DNA of 64,000 bases from an uncultured delta proteobacterium (GTDB lineage Bacteria; Desulfobacterota; RBG-13-43-22), in assembly GCA_963843145.1 (NCBI GenBank), contig CAWJJC010000021.1, positions 96,001 to 160,000 of the forward strand, read 5' to 3'. A model generated the notes under the pieces. The model saw only the letters and a list, made by a program, of their open reading frames with translations, was not told the DNA's origin and searched no databases. Of the stretch, positions 1-10,734 are shown piece by piece; the stretch's first letter is position 1; each line of letters opens with the position of its first letter. A program made the translations under genes and the position numbers.

Positions 1-2
1 AT

Positions 3-428
3 GGGTTACGGGCGATAAAGTCGGATTGTTCCTGGGTAGTGGTTCACGACGGGGTCCGCCCTCTGATCAACCCTCAATTGATTGAAGTCGGTATGCTGGA
101 AGCCCGGCAGACCGGCGCCGCCATCGTAGCCGTTCCCGCCCGGGATACGGTCAAACGATTAGCCCCGGGGGGGAAATTGCAGACCCTGCCCCGGGAAGAG
201 ATCTGGCTGGCCCAGACGCCGCAGATTTTTGAATTTTCCCTGCTCTGCCAGGCCCACCAGAAAGCGAATCAGGATAAATTTACGGGAACGGATGACGCTT
301 CCCTGGTGGAACGATTGGGGCATCCCGTCAGCCTGATTTCCGGAGACTACCGAAACATAAAGATTACCACCCCGGAAGACCTGACGATCGCTGAGACGCT
401 GATCAAGAAGGAAAAAAAAGATCTATGA
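3..428 (+). CDS. ispD: 2-C-methyl-D-erythritol 4-phosphate cytidylyltransferase (5' end outside window)
   Basis: VHDGVRP, QTPQIF, TDDASLVE, NIKITTPEDL motifs; frame open back to the window edge; overlaps ispF (ATGA). Confidence 0.95.
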   Translation, partial: GLRAIKSDCSWVVVHDGVRPLINPQLIEVGMLEARQTGAAIVAVPARDTVKRLAPGGKLQTLPREEIWLAQTPQIFEFSLLCQAHQKANQDKFTGTDDASLVERLGHPVSLISGDYRNIKITTPEDLTIAETLIKKEKKDL

Positions 429-907
429 TCCCGCCCTTCCGAGTGGGATTGGGCTATGATGTCCACCGTCTGGTTCCGGAAAGGGCCTTGATCCTGGGAG
501 GGATCGAAATCCCTTATTCCCTGGGGCTGGAAGGCCACTCCGACGCCGATGTGCTGGCCCATGCCCTGGGTGACGCCCTCCTGGGGGCCGCCGGGTTGGG
601 CGATTTGGGGCGGCATTTTCCGGATTCGGATCCCCGATATAAAGGGGTATCCAGCCTCATCCTTTTGAAGGCCATCCTTTCGAAGATCCGGTCCGCAGGC
701 TGGGAGATCGGCTACCTCGATAGTACGATCGTGGCCCAGCAGCCCAAGCTGGCGGACTTTATCCCTTCCATGCGTCAGACCCTGGCGGAGAGCCTTCAAA
801 TAGCTTCGGACCAGATCCATATTAAAGCGACTACTTCCGAGGGACTCGGATTTTGCGGCCGGCAAGAGGGGATCGCCGCCTACGCCGTGGCCCTGATCAA
901 TCAATAA
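425..907 (+). CDS. ispF: 2-C-methyl-D-erythritol 2,4-cyclodiphosphate synthase
   Basis: GYDVHRL, GHSDADV, GDLGRHFPD, KATTSEGLG motifs. Confidence 0.97.
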   Translation: MIPPFRVGLGYDVHRLVPERALILGGIEIPYSLGLEGHSDADVLAHALGDALLGAAGLGDLGRHFPDSDPRYKGVSSLILLKAILSKIRSAGWEIGYLDSTIVAQQPKLADFIPSMRQTLAESLQIASDQIHIKATTSEGLGFCGRQEGIAAYAVALINQ

Positions 908-928
908 AATAATGGGTGCACCACCGCC

Positions 929-2407
929 ATGTCGTTAAGAATTTACAATTCCCAAACCCGGCAAAAGGAAAATTTTGTTCCCTTGAATCCCCCCCGGGTG
1001 GGGATCTATGTCTGCGGGGTGACCGTCTATGACAGTTGTCATATCGGTCATGCCCGGTCCATGATCGTTTTCGACGTGATCGTTCGCTTCCTCCGCTCCC
1101 AGGGCTATGAGGTAACCTATGTCCGCAACTTTACCGACATTGACGATAAGATCATCGCCCGCTCTAATCGGGAAGGGGTCCAGTCCGAGGATTTGGCGGA
1201 AAAGTACATTGCAGAATTTAGAGAGGATATGGCGGTCTTGGGAGTGTTGTCTCCTGAGGCGGAACCTCGGGCCACCCGCCATATCCCGGCAATCATCGCT
1301 TTAGTTCAGAAGTTGATTGATCTGGGGGCGGCCTACGCGGTTGACGGGGATGTTTTTTTCGCGGTAGAGCATTTTAAATTCTACGGCCAACTTTCCGGGA
1401 GGAACCTGGAGGAAATGCAGGCCGGGGCGAGGATCGAAGTGGACCCCCGGAAACGCCATCCCATGGACTTTGCCCTTTGGAAAGCCGGAAAACCGGGAGA
1501 ACCGACCTGGGAAAGCCCGTGGGGTCCGGGACGGCCGGGATGGCACATCGAATGTTCGGCCATGAGCTCCTATTACCTGGGGGAGACCTTCGACATCCAT
1601 GGCGGCGGGCAGGATCTGATTTTCCCGCATCATGAGAACGAGCAGGCCCAATCCATGGCCGCCTCGGGTCAGCCTTTGGCCCGGTACTGGGTCCATAACG
1701 GTTTTGTCACCATCCGGGGTGAAAAAATGTCCAAATCGTTGGGCAATTTTTTGACTATTCGGGAGATGGTCCGGCGCTTCCATCCCGAAGCGGTTCGTTT
1801 GTTTTTACTTTCACGGCATTACCGCACCCCGCTGGATTATTCGGAGGAAGCGCTGCAGGAGGCCCAGAACCACCTGCACCGTCTTTACCAACTGGTTAAG
1901 GACCTGGAGCATCCGGAAGACCGTTGGCAGCGGGGGGGAGCGGAAGACTTTTCGGAGGAGAAAATCCGCGAACTGGCCGGAGTGGTGGATCAATTCAAGG
2001 AAAAATTTGAAGGGGCCTTGGAGGACGACTTCAATACCGCTCAGGCCCTGGGGTACTTTCACGATCTTTCCCGCAAGCTGAATCGCCTGCTGGACAATCT
2101 GAAGCTAAAAACCATTGGAACTTCGAAAGGAGCTCTTGTCCAGGCCGCCGGTGTTCTGAAAGCCGCCGGCTTGCTGCTGGGTATTCTGAACCTGCCGCTG
2201 GACGATTTTTTTGACCAAGAGAGAGAACGGGTTTTGGAAAGCCGCGGGTTGTCTAAACAAAGCATCGCTGATCTCATTGCGAAACGGGTTCAGGCTCGCC
2301 GGGAAAAGGATTGGATCCAAGCCGACGCCCTGCGCGCTCAGCTTCAGGAGATGGGGGTCATCCTCAAGGACAATCCCCAGGGCACGGAGTGGGATTTGGA
2401 AGAATAG
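929..2407 (+). CDS. cysS: Cysteine--tRNA ligase
   Basis: CGVTVYD..HIGH, KMSKS, GRPGWHIECS motifs; ispDF-cysS synteny. Confidence 0.98.
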   Translation: MSLRIYNSQTRQKENFVPLNPPRVGIYVCGVTVYDSCHIGHARSMIVFDVIVRFLRSQGYEVTYVRNFTDIDDKIIARSNREGVQSEDLAEKYIAEFREDMAVLGVLSPEAEPRATRHIPAIIALVQKLIDLGAAYAVDGDVFFAVEHFKFYGQLSGRNLEEMQAGARIEVDPRKRHPMDFALWKAGKPGEPTWESPWGPGRPGWHIECSAMSSYYLGETFDIHGGGQDLIFPHHENEQAQSMAASGQPLARYWVHNGFVTIRGEKMSKSLGNFLTIREMVRRFHPEAVRLFLLSRHYRTPLDYSEEALQEAQNHLHRLYQLVKDLEHPEDRWQRGGAEDFSEEKIRELAGVVDQFKEKFEGALEDDFNTAQALGYFHDLSRKLNRLLDNLKLKTIGTSKGALVQAAGVLKAAGLLLGILNLPLDDFFDQERERVLESRGLSKQSIADLIAKRVQARREKDWIQADALRAQLQEMGVILKDNPQGTEWDLEE

Positions 2408-2589
2408 GTGGTTCGCCCTTTTGGGTGGGTGGCCTCAATATAGGGTAGGTTAATTTGAAATCGGGCCTTCGTGGCCGTGGGGTCTCGGCGAAAGGGTTTT
2501 CCGTATTGCTTTTTAGGTTCTAACCCGGCCCTTTTATTATCGAATCCGTCAAGCACTGACGGAAACCGGAAAACTTGAAGGAGAAGGCG

Positions 2590-3327
2590 ATGGATGATTT
2601 AGCCGGCAAGCGAGTTTTGGTTACTGGAGGTTCAAAGGGGATCGGACTGGGGATAGCCCGCTATTTCTGCGAAGCCGGGGCCAGGGTGGCCATTTGCGGA
2701 CGGAAGGAGGCCAATTTAGTGAAGGCCCGGGAACAACTGGGCGAGGTGGTTACCGTGACGGCCCACTTGGGCAAGGCCGAAGAGGTGGAGCAATTGTTTA
2801 AAACCGTCGAGAATACCTTCGGGAGCCTGGATATTCTGATCAACAATATGGGAATGAATATTTTCACCCCCTCGACCGTGGAAGCGGATATCGGTCTCTG
2901 GGATAAAATTATAGAAGGAAATCTGAAGTCGGCCTTTTTATGCTGCCGGCAGGCCTTTCCCTTGATGAAAACCAACGGCGGGGTCATCGTCAACCTCAGT
3001 TCCATCGCCGGCCACCGGGCTGCTCCCGGCATGGGTATTTACGGGATCGCCAAGGCGGGACTTAACATGCTGACTAAAGTACTGGCCAAGGAATTGGCTT
3101 CCTACGGCATCCGGGTCAATGCCGTCGCCCCCGGAATGGTGGAAACCGATTTTTCCAGGCCTTTTTGGGGTAACGACGATATCCTCAAGGAGCTCCTGAA
3201 AGCCATTCCCTTGGGCCGAATCGCCCGCGTTGAGGATGTGGTGCGGTTGGTGGCCTTCCTCTCCTCGGATCAGGCCGGTTATCTGACCGGCGAAATCATT
3301 TCCGTATCCGGCGGGACCGAGGCCTAA
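2590..3327 (+). CDS. SDR family NAD(P)-dependent oxidoreductase
   Basis: TGGSKGIG Rossmann motif, YGIAK catalytic motif; ATG at 2590 after an AAGGAG-like RBS. Confidence 0.92.
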   Translation: MDDLAGKRVLVTGGSKGIGLGIARYFCEAGARVAICGRKEANLVKAREQLGEVVTVTAHLGKAEEVEQLFKTVENTFGSLDILINNMGMNIFTPSTVEADIGLWDKIIEGNLKSAFLCCRQAFPLMKTNGGVIVNLSSIAGHRAAPGMGIYGIAKAGLNMLTKVLAKELASYGIRVNAVAPGMVETDFSRPFWGNDDILKELLKAIPLGRIARVEDVVRLVAFLSSDQAGYLTGEIISVSGGTEA

Positions 3328-3418
3328 ACCGGTACGGATTCCAATCACTGGTTGTTGGTCGGTGAGTCTGAAAACAGAACTCGGCAACAGAAGGCAATTT
3401 TGGTTAGTATTTATGCGC

Positions 3419-3462
3419 TTGACGAATATTGCTATTCCAGTATAATAATAACCATTATCATT
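3419..3462 (+). promoter_or_regulatory. Sigma70 promoter overlapped by a Fur/PerR-type box
   Basis: TTGACG(3419)-16 nt-TATAAT(3441), overlapped by TAATAATAACCATTATCATT (Fur-family-like dyad) just upstream of the Fur-family gene. Confidence 0.7.
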
Positions 3463-3474
3463 TAAGAAGAGTTT

Positions 3475-3888
3475 ATGGAAACCAAGGAAAAGAAAACAAG
3501 GACCACCAAACAGCGGCAGGTTATTTTGGAAGAAATTAAAAAGGTGAGTACTCACCCGACTGCTGATGAGGTCCATGCTCTGGTGAGGAAGAGGCTTCCC
3601 AAAATCAGCCTGGGAACCATCTACCGCAACCTGGAATTTATGGCCGGGCAAAACCAGATCCTGCGGTTGGATTGGGCCGGAAACCAACGCCGTTATGATG
3701 GGAATACGTCCAACCATTTTCACTTGCGCTGTGTACAATGCGGACAGGTTAAAGACCTGCTCATGGACTATCCCCAAGAAATAGAAGAAAAGGTGGCCTT
3801 AGAGACAGATTATGAGCTTTTAGGCTGCCGTCTGGAATTTGTCGGACTTTGTCCGCGATGCCAGCCCGAAAAGCAAAAAAGCCATTAA
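3475..3888 (+). CDS. perR: Fur family transcriptional repressor, PerR-like
   Basis: HPTADEV, SLGTIYRNL, HFHLRCxxC and C-terminal CxxC; heads the rubrerythrin/SOR operon. Confidence 0.8.
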   Translation: METKEKKTRTTKQRQVILEEIKKVSTHPTADEVHALVRKRLPKISLGTIYRNLEFMAGQNQILRLDWAGNQRRYDGNTSNHFHLRCVQCGQVKDLLMDYPQEIEEKVALETDYELLGCRLEFVGLCPRCQPEKQKSH

Positions 3889-3927
3889 CGCCAACTTACA
3901 TTGATACAGGGAAAGGAACCGATAATT

Positions 3928-4500
3928 ATGGATTTAAAAGGGTCCAAAACGGAAAGAAACCTATTAACCGCTTTTGCCGGTGAATCGCAGGCCCGGAACC
4001 GTTATACCTATTTTGCCAGTCAGGCCAAAAAAGAAGGGTATGTTCAGATCCAGTATATCTTCGAAGAAACGGCCAATCAGGAAAAGGAACATGCCAAACG
4101 GTTGTTTAAACTGCTGCTGGGAGGGGAAGTGGAAATTCAGGCCCGATTTCCCGCCGGGGTAATCGGAACCACGGCGGACAACCTCAAGGAGGCCGCCGGA
4201 GGGGAGAATTACGAGTGGACGGATATGTACCCGTCTTTTGCCCGGGTGGCCGTGGAAGAGGGTTTTGAGGAAATCGCCAAGATTTTCGAGTCCATCGCGG
4301 TGGCTGAAAAACAACACGAACGACGCTACCTCGGTTTCCTGGCCAATATCAAAAATGGGACGGTTTTTAAAAAAGATACCGTCGTGACCTGGCGCTGCCG
4401 CAACTGCGGCTACCTGCAGGAGGGCCGCGAGGCCCCGGACAACTGTCCCGCCTGCGACCACCAGCGAGAGCAATTCGAATTGCTCTGCGAGGACTGGTAG
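3928..4500 (+). CDS. rbr: Rubrerythrin
   Basis: [22 protein letters not shown] di-iron motifs; C-terminal CRNCG...CPAC rubredoxin domain. Confidence 0.96.
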   Translation: MDLKGSKTERNLLTAFAGESQARNRYTYFASQAKKEGYVQIQYIFEETANQEKEHAKRLFKLLLGGEVEIQARFPAGVIGTTADNLKEAAGGENYEWTDMYPSFARVAVEEGFEEIAKIFESIAVAEKQHERRYLGFLANIKNGTVFKKDTVVTWRCRNCGYLQEGREAPDNCPACDHQREQFELLCEDW

Positions 4501-4529
4501 TAACGAATTTATTCTAGGAGGATTGTTCA

Positions 4530-4907
4530 ATGACGGAAAAACTGGAAGTCTATCAATGCGAGGTTTGTGGCAATCTGGTTGAGGTGCTTCATGTCGGCGG
4601 TGGGACGCTGGTCTGTTGCGGACAGCCCATGGTCTTGCAGAAAGAGAATACCAAAGAAGCCTCTCTGGAAAAGCATATTCCCGTCTTGGAGAAGACGACA
4701 GGGGGCTTCAAGGTCTCCGTGGGCAGCATCCCCCACCCCATGGAGGAAAAGCATTATATCGAATGGATTGAATTGGTGGCGGATGGGAAGGCTTACCGTC
4801 AGTTCCTGAATCCCGGCGACCCCCCGCAGGCGCTCTTTGCCTTGGAGGCGGAAAAGATCACGGCCCGGGCTTATTGCAACCTGCACGGAATGTGGAAGTC
4901 CTCCTAA
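4530..4907 (+). CDS. dfx: Desulfoferrodoxin (2Fe superoxide reductase)
   Basis: CEVCGN...[29 protein letters not shown]. Confidence 0.97.
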   Translation: MTEKLEVYQCEVCGNLVEVLHVGGGTLVCCGQPMVLQKENTKEASLEKHIPVLEKTTGGFKVSVGSIPHPMEEKHYIEWIELVADGKAYRQFLNPGDPPQALFALEAEKITARAYCNLHGMWKSS

Positions 4908-5085
4908 TTCAAATTGCGCTTCGTCCTTGGGGGCAGGAGCCTGACCCGTAGCCAGCCAAGAGGACGCAGAAGCAACTCGCTGTTGCACTCGTTCCCGATT
5001 TTTGTTATTCTGGAAGCCAACCAGACCGGAAGGGCGGGGAATCCCGCTCCGCTCCGGAAACAACCCAAAATTCGACGAGGAGACC

Positions 5086-5619
5086 ATGACCGCAACCAGA
5101 GAGCGCTTCACCCAGATGCTTTGTACGGCCCAGGAGATGGAAGAGAAGGGCAGGGCCTTTTATGAAAAGGCCAGGTCCACTTCCGAGAACCCGCTGGGGA
5201 AAGAGATCTTTCGCCTGCTGATTGATGACGAAATCGTCCATCTGGAGCGGATCCGGAAAATTTCCGATTCCCTGACCAAGGATCAAAATTGGTCCGAGGA
5301 CTGGAAAAAACTTCAGTGTCCCTACCAGGATCTGGGGCAGGTTTTTCGGGACCTGGTGTCCCAATACAGCCAGGCCGGCATTGCAGGCAGCAACGATCTC
5401 GAGGCTCTGAAACTCGCCCTGGATTTTGAGCTGCGGAGCGTCGCCTTCTACGAAAGCCAGTTAGCCCAGGCCGTTGATCCTTTGGAAAAGGCCTTTCTGG
5501 TCCAGATGATCAAAGAAGAAAAAGGACATGTCCTGACTCTTGAGGATACGCAATATTACCTTTCAGACCCCGAAGGCTGGTTCATGGAAAAAGAACGGGC
5601 CGGTTTGGACGGGGTTTAG
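5086..5619 (+). CDS. Ferritin-like (rubrerythrin-family) di-iron protein
   Basis: E..G..FY, DEIVH, FE..S..FY, EEKGH motifs; ATG 5086 after GAGGAG. Confidence 0.85.
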   Translation: MTATRERFTQMLCTAQEMEEKGRAFYEKARSTSENPLGKEIFRLLIDDEIVHLERIRKISDSLTKDQNWSEDWKKLQCPYQDLGQVFRDLVSQYSQAGIAGSNDLEALKLALDFELRSVAFYESQLAQAVDPLEKAFLVQMIKEEKGHVLTLEDTQYYLSDPEGWFMEKERAGLDGV

Positions 5620-5637
5620 CTCCCCGGTTCAGCGTGC

Positions 5638-7332
5638 ATGTCGCCGGATCCGATCAACATAGTCATCGGTGGAGAGGCCGGTCAGGGTCTGATCACCATC
5701 GGGCAGCTCTTGACCAAATCCCTGGTTCGAAGCGGGTATGAAATCGTAGTCACCCAGGACTACCAATCCCGAATCCGGGGCGGACATAATACCTTTCGGG
5801 TCCGGGCCTCCACTGAATCCTTAGCGGCGCCCCAGGAGGCCATCGACCTCTTAGTGGCCCTGGACTCCGCGAGCGTGGACCTCCATCGACCGGAACTTTC
5901 CCCGCAGGGTCTTATCCTGATCGATGACGATTTATCCGCCCCGGAAGGCTGCTGTCGAAAGGTTCCCTTAAAGGAATTGGCGCCGGACCGCTATGCCAAT
6001 ATCACCGCCCTGGGGGTGGTCAGTACGCTGCTGGGCTTGCGGGAAGAAATCGTGCTTCAAGCCACGGCAGATTTTTTCGGCCATAAAAGCCCCCAGGCCG
6101 CCGAAGGAAATCGCCAGGCCCTCCAGGCCGCCTTTACCTGGACAAAAAAACAGTCCATTTCCTTTCCCGCCCTGCCGGAAACCAGTCGTTCCGTCTCGAA
6201 ACTGATCCTGACCGGGAATGAGGCGGTGGCCTTAGGGGCGCTGTCCGCGGGGCTGAAATTTTTTGCCTTTTATCCCATGAGCCCTTCCACCTCCATTGGT
6301 CTGACCCTGGCGGCCCAGGCCAAGAAGATGGGGCTGGTGGTGGAGCAGGCCGAGGATGAAATCGCCGCCATCAACCTGGCCCTGGGGGCCTCTTTCGCCG
6401 GGGCGCCCAGCATGGTGGCCACCTCCGGGGGAGGGTTTGCCCTGATGACCGAGGGGGTCAGCCTGGCGGGAATGACCGAAACCCCCATGGTGATCGTGGT
6501 GGCCCAGCGACCCGGACCGGCTACCGGTTTGCCCACCCGCACCGAACAGGGGGACCTGGAATTCGTTCTTCATTCCGGGCACGGGGAATTTCCCCGGGCC
6601 GTTTTCAGCCCCGGATCGGTGGAGGAATGTTTTCTCCTGACCCGAAAAGCCCTGGAACTGGCCGAGCGATCTCAGGGACCGGTGTTTATCCTGACCGATC
6701 AGTTCTTGGCCGATTCTTACCGAGCGGTAGACCCTTTTGACTTATCCCAACTCCCCCCTATCCTCCCCCGAACCAGCCCGGCGATCAGCGAACCCTATCT
6801 TCGGTATGCCCTGACGGAAAGCGGCGTCTCACCGCGACTCTATCCAGGGTTGTCCGATCACCTGGTGGTGGCTGACAGCGACGAACATACGGAAGACGGG
6901 CACCTGACCGAAGACCTAACCGTCCGGATAAGAATGGTCGATAAAAGAGGGCGAAAGCTGAGGATGATCCAGGAGGCGGCGGTTCCCCCGGAATTCAAGG
7001 GTGAGCCCCGACCGGATCTTTTATTAGTTACCTGGGGTTCCGGTCGAGGGGCGGTCTGGGAGGCGGTTTCCCTGTTAAACCTCCGGGGGAAGCGAACGGC
7101 CATGCTTCATTTTTCTCAAGTCTGGCCTCTGATTCCCTATCAGTTTTTATCCCTCCTTCATGAGGCCGGGGAAATCATAGGCGTCGAAATGAATGCCACC
7201 GGACAGTTCAGCCGCCTCCTCCGGCGGGAGACCGGGGTGACTATTAAAAAAACGATCCTTCGCTATGACGGCTCCCCCCTCACCCCGGAATACCTCCTCC
7301 GGGAATTGGAACAGCGCCAATGGTTGACGTAG
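5638..7332 (+). CDS. 2-oxoacid:ferredoxin oxidoreductase alpha subunit (gamma-alpha fusion)
   Basis: GGEAGQG, YPMSP, EDEIAA, TSGGGF, RPGPATGLPTRTEQGD. Confidence 0.95.
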   Translation: MSPDPINIVIGGEAGQGLITIGQLLTKSLVRSGYEIVVTQDYQSRIRGGHNTFRVRASTESLAAPQEAIDLLVALDSASVDLHRPELSPQGLILIDDDLSAPEGCCRKVPLKELAPDRYANITALGVVSTLLGLREEIVLQATADFFGHKSPQAAEGNRQALQAAFTWTKKQSISFPALPETSRSVSKLILTGNEAVALGALSAGLKFFAFYPMSPSTSIGLTLAAQAKKMGLVVEQAEDEIAAINLALGASFAGAPSMVATSGGGFALMTEGVSLAGMTETPMVIVVAQRPGPATGLPTRTEQGDLEFVLHSGHGEFPRAVFSPGSVEECFLLTRKALELAERSQGPVFILTDQFLADSYRAVDPFDLSQLPPILPRTSPAISEPYLRYALTESGVSPRLYPGLSDHLVVADSDEHTEDGHLTEDLTVRIRMVDKRGRKLRMIQEAAVPPEFKGEPRPDLLLVTWGSGRGAVWEAVSLLNLRGKRTAMLHFSQVWPLIPYQFLSLLHEAGEIIGVEMNATGQFSRLLRRETGVTIKKTILRYDGSPLTPEYLLRELEQRQWLT

Positions 7333-8171
7333 AAGAATTCGGAACCTTCGAAACGGCTTGGTGCCCGGGTTGCGGCAATCACGCGCTGCTCTCGGCGGTG
7401 AAGAAGGCCCTCTCCGAGGAAGGGCTCAAACCGCGGCAGGTGCTGTTTGTCTCGGGAATCGGTCAGGCGGCTAAAGCGCCGCACTATCTGAGGGCCAATT
7501 TTTTTAACGGACTCCACGGTCGGGCCTTACCGGTGGCTACCGGGGCTAAGCTGGCCAACCCGGGGCTGGTGGTGATTGCCGAGAGCGGGGATGGCTGCAA
7601 TTACGGTGAGGGGGGCAACCATTTTTTAGCCGCCATCCGGAGAAATATCAATCTGACCCTGCTGGTCCATAATAACCAGGTTTACGGCTTGACCAAGGGG
7701 CAGGCCAGCCCTACCACGGGGGAGGGTTTTATCACCAAGGCCCAGCCCGAAGGGGTCCCTTCGGCACCCTTCAACCCGGTAGCCGTGGCGGTGGCCATGG
7801 AGGCCGGTTTTGTGGCCCGGGGCTTCTCCGGTTTTCCGGATCATCTTTCCGGCCTGATCCGGGAAGCGATCCGCCATCCGGGATTTTCACTGATTGATAT
7901 ATTGCAAAACTGTGTCTCCTTCAACCGGGTCAACACCCTCGCCTGGTATAAGAAGCGTTGCACCCCTTTGCCGGACGATTACGATCCCCTGCACTGGGAG
8001 GGGGCCATGAGCCAGGCTCGGGAGTGGGGAGACCGCATTCCCATAGGAGTGCTCTACAAAAATAAGCGACCCCCGTTTGAAACGCATTTCCCCGTGCTGC
8101 AACAGGGGCCGCTGGCCGAACAGAAAGTGGATCGGGATTTGCTCCGCCGTATTATGGAGACCTATCAATAG
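7320..8171 (+). CDS. 2-oxoacid:ferredoxin oxidoreductase beta subunit
   Basis: WCPGCG, HGRALP, GDG...NN TPP-binding motif, YGLTKGQASPT. Confidence 0.95.
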   Translation: MVDVEEFGTFETAWCPGCGNHALLSAVKKALSEEGLKPRQVLFVSGIGQAAKAPHYLRANFFNGLHGRALPVATGAKLANPGLVVIAESGDGCNYGEGGNHFLAAIRRNINLTLLVHNNQVYGLTKGQASPTTGEGFITKAQPEGVPSAPFNPVAVAVAMEAGFVARGFSGFPDHLSGLIREAIRHPGFSLIDILQNCVSFNRVNTLAWYKKRCTPLPDDYDPLHWEGAMSQAREWGDRIPIGVLYKNKRPPFETHFPVLQQGPLAEQKVDRDLLRRIMETYQ

Positions 8172-8228
8172 TCGTTTAGTGGGCCACCCGGATGATAATA
8201 TTCTCTAACGTTCTAATAGTTGAAGCCC

Positions 8229-8356
8229 TAAATCCGAAATTCGAAGCACGAAATCCGAAACAAGCACGAAGGTCCAAAATCCACAAAAACGTTTTGGATT
8301 TTGAAATTTGATCATTTAAATTTGTTTCGAGTTTCGGGCTTCGAATTTCGAGTTTG
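8229..8356. repeat. Heptamer-repeat palindromic element, copy 1
   Basis: AAATCCG-AAATTCG-AAGCACG-AAATCCG-AAACAA left arm with near reverse-complement right arm; similar copy at 13569-13700. Confidence 0.85.
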
Positions 8357-8404
8357 AACCAAAAATTCATCCATTCTGTTAAGGGATTAATTGGAGAGGT
8401 GGAG

Positions 8405-9907
8405 ATGAAGAGGATAATCGGAGTCCTGTTGGTAGTGAGCTTCCTGGTGGCGATGTCCGTCTTGGCCGCCTCGCCTGCGAAAAAGGAGGTAATCAGCGAC
8501 GATACCCAGAATTGCCTGGGCTGCCACCGGGAAATCTCTCCGGGGATCGTCAAGGACTGGGAAAACAGCCGACACGGGCGGATGACCCCCCTTGAGGGAC
8601 TCAAAAAAACGAAGCTGGAACGCCGGGTTTCCAGTGAGAAAATCCCCGGGGCCGTGGGAGGCACGGTGGTGGGCTGCGCCGAATGCCACACGCTGAATGC
8701 CGCCAAGCATAAGGATTCGTTTGAACACAACGGGTCTCAGGTCCACGTGGTGGTTACGCCGGAAGACTGTGCCGCCTGTCATGGAAAAGAGGTCCAGCAA
8801 TACGGGCAGAACCTGATGGCCAAGGCCTACGGAAACCTAATGAATAATCCGGTCTACCGCCTGTTGCTCGAAGATATCAACAGCACGGCCTCTTTTAAGG
8901 AAAATAAACTGATCCTGACCAAACCCGATTCGGAAACCAATGCCGATGCCTGCCTGTTTTGCCACGGGACAATCATCGAGGTCAAAGGCCTGAAAAAACG
9001 TGACACCCCTCAGGGCGAAATGAGTTTTCCAATACTTAGCGGCTGGCCCAATCAAGGGGTTGGTCGGGTGAATCCCGATGGGAGTTTGGGTTCTTGCGCG
9101 GCCTGCCACACCCGCCATAGCTTTTCCATCGAGATGGCCCGAAAACCGTACACCTGTTCCAAATGCCACAAGGGGCCCGATGTGCCGGCGTTTCCCGTCT
9201 ACGAAGTCAGTAAACACGGCAACCAATACGCCGCGCTGAACAAGCACTGGGATTTCCAGGAAGTCCCCTGGAAGGTTGGTAAGGATTTCACCGCGCCCAC
9301 TTGCGCCACCTGCCATGTCAGCCTGATCGTGGGGGACGGAAAACAGGTGCTGGCTGAGCGGACTCACCGAATGAACGACCGATTGCCCTGGCGTATTTTT
9401 GGGCTGATTTATGCCCACCCACACCCCAAGGCGGCGGATACCACCGTGATAAAGAACAAAGCCGGTTTGTCCCTGGCTACCGATTTCAGCGGGGAACCGG
9501 CTCAGGCTTTTTTGATCGATAAGGCCGAGCAGGATAAACGGCTGAAAACCCTGCAGCAGGTCTGCCTGGGCTGTCACAGCCAAAACTGGGTGGAGGGCCA
9601 CTTTAAACGCCTGGAGCACACCATCCAGACTACCAATCAGATGACCCTGGCCGCCACCCAGGTGGTCTCGGCGGCCTGGGAACGGGGGCTGGCAAAGGGT
9701 TTGGCCCAGAAGAGCAGCCCCTTTGATGAGGCCATTGAAAAGAAGTGGTTTGAACAATGGTCGTTTTACTCCAACTCCACTCGGTTTGCCTCGGCCATGA
9801 TGGGGGCCGATTACGGGGTCTTCGCCCACGGACGCTGGTATCTAAGAAAAAATCTTCAGGAAATGGTTGAGTGGCTGGCCGAGCATGACCAGGGAAGAAA
9901 ACCCTAG
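8405..9907 (+). CDS. Octaheme cytochrome c, hydroxylamine oxidoreductase (HAO) family, exported
   Basis: Signal peptide; eight CxxCH motifs (CLGCH, CAECH, CAACH, CLFCH, CAACH, CSKCH, CATCH, CLGCH); CHTRHSFS..ARKP..C..CH.GPD motif. Confidence 0.88.
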   Translation: MKRIIGVLLVVSFLVAMSVLAASPAKKEVISDDTQNCLGCHREISPGIVKDWENSRHGRMTPLEGLKKTKLERRVSSEKIPGAVGGTVVGCAECHTLNAAKHKDSFEHNGSQVHVVVTPEDCAACHGKEVQQYGQNLMAKAYGNLMNNPVYRLLLEDINSTASFKENKLILTKPDSETNADACLFCHGTIIEVKGLKKRDTPQGEMSFPILSGWPNQGVGRVNPDGSLGSCAACHTRHSFSIEMARKPYTCSKCHKGPDVPAFPVYEVSKHGNQYAALNKHWDFQEVPWKVGKDFTAPTCATCHVSLIVGDGKQVLAERTHRMNDRLPWRIFGLIYAHPHPKAADTTVIKNKAGLSLATDFSGEPAQAFLIDKAEQDKRLKTLQQVCLGCHSQNWVEGHFKRLEHTIQTTNQMTLAATQVVSAAWERGLAKGLAQKSSPFDEAIEKKWFEQWSFYSNSTRFASAMMGADYGVFAHGRWYLRKNLQEMVEWLAEHDQGRKP

Positions 9908-9968
9908 CCAAAAATAGTTGAAATATTTTTGGCTAACCGGGTAGAGAAGGAACCGAAGGAGGGTGCCC

Positions 9969-10130
9969 ATGAAAAAGTATGTTTGTGATGTTTGCGGCTA
10001 TGTGTACGACCCGGCAGCCGGGGACCCGGAAAACGGGGTTGCTCCGGGAACGGCCTTTGAGGATCTACCGGACGATTGGCTTTGTCCCTTGTGCGGGGTC
10101 GGCAAGGATCAGTTCTCTCCGGAAGACTAA
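9969..10130 (+). CDS. Rubredoxin (53 aa, absent from ORF track)
   Basis: Hand translation [53 protein letters not shown]; RBS AAGGAGG. Confidence 0.97.
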   Translation: MKKYVCDVCGYVYDPAAGDPENGVAPGTAFEDLPDDWLCPLCGVGKDQFSPED

Positions 10131-10143
10131 TAAGGAGCCCGGA

Positions 10144-10725
10144 ATGAAAAAGAAATTTTATTCCACTGCGGTACTGCTGTTTATCCTGGTTTTAGGTCTG
10201 ATCCCCCGCAGCCTGGCTGCCGCCCCGCCCCCCCCGGCCAAGGGAGAGCCCTTTCCGGCCATTACCCTTCCGATTCCCAAAGACGCGGAGGCTAAGAATT
10301 ATCTGGGCCTGACGGGGAGCGGCTCCTTTAAAATTACCCAGGTCAAGGCCCAGGCGGTGCTCATTGAGATTTTCAGCATGTACTGCCCCTTCTGCCAGAA
10401 GGACGCGCCCGGGATCAACGAACTGTTCCAGGCCATCGAAAGGGATCCCGAGTTAAAAGGCCGGATCAAAATTCTGGGTATCGGGGTCGGGAATTCCGCT
10501 TACGAAGTGGGGGTTTATAGAAAGATCTACAACGTTCCCTTCCCCCTCATCCCGGATGAACGTTTTGTCCTGCATCAGGCCCTGGGGGAGACCCGTACCC
10601 CTTACTTCTTCCTGGTAAGCATCAATCCGGGCGGGACCGGGGAAGTGACCTATTCTGAATTGGCCGGCTTCAAGGGGGTGGAATCCTTTTTGGAAATCAT
10701 TCGAAAGTCAGCCGGGATCAAATAG
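10144..10725 (+). CDS. Exported TlpA-like thioredoxin-fold protein
   Basis: Signal peptide from ATG 10144 (RBS AAGGAG); CPFC motif and TP loop. Confidence 0.85.
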   Translation: MKKKFYSTAVLLFILVLGLIPRSLAAAPPPPAKGEPFPAITLPIPKDAEAKNYLGLTGSGSFKITQVKAQAVLIEIFSMYCPFCQKDAPGINELFQAIERDPELKGRIKILGIGVGNSAYEVGVYRKIYNVPFPLIPDERFVLHQALGETRTPYFFLVSINPGGTGEVTYSELAGFKGVESFLEIIRKSAGIK

Positions 10726-10734
10726 GAGGTTTTT

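Noticed and set aside
4908-5085. Structured RNA or attC between dfx and the ferritin-like gene
   Set aside because: Imperfect hairpin without AAC/GTT cores and no second copy in the window
9979-10143. N-terminal extension of the 248-aa ORF
   Set aside because: It is an alternate frame of the rubredoxin gene; the real start is ATG 10144 with RBS and signal peptide
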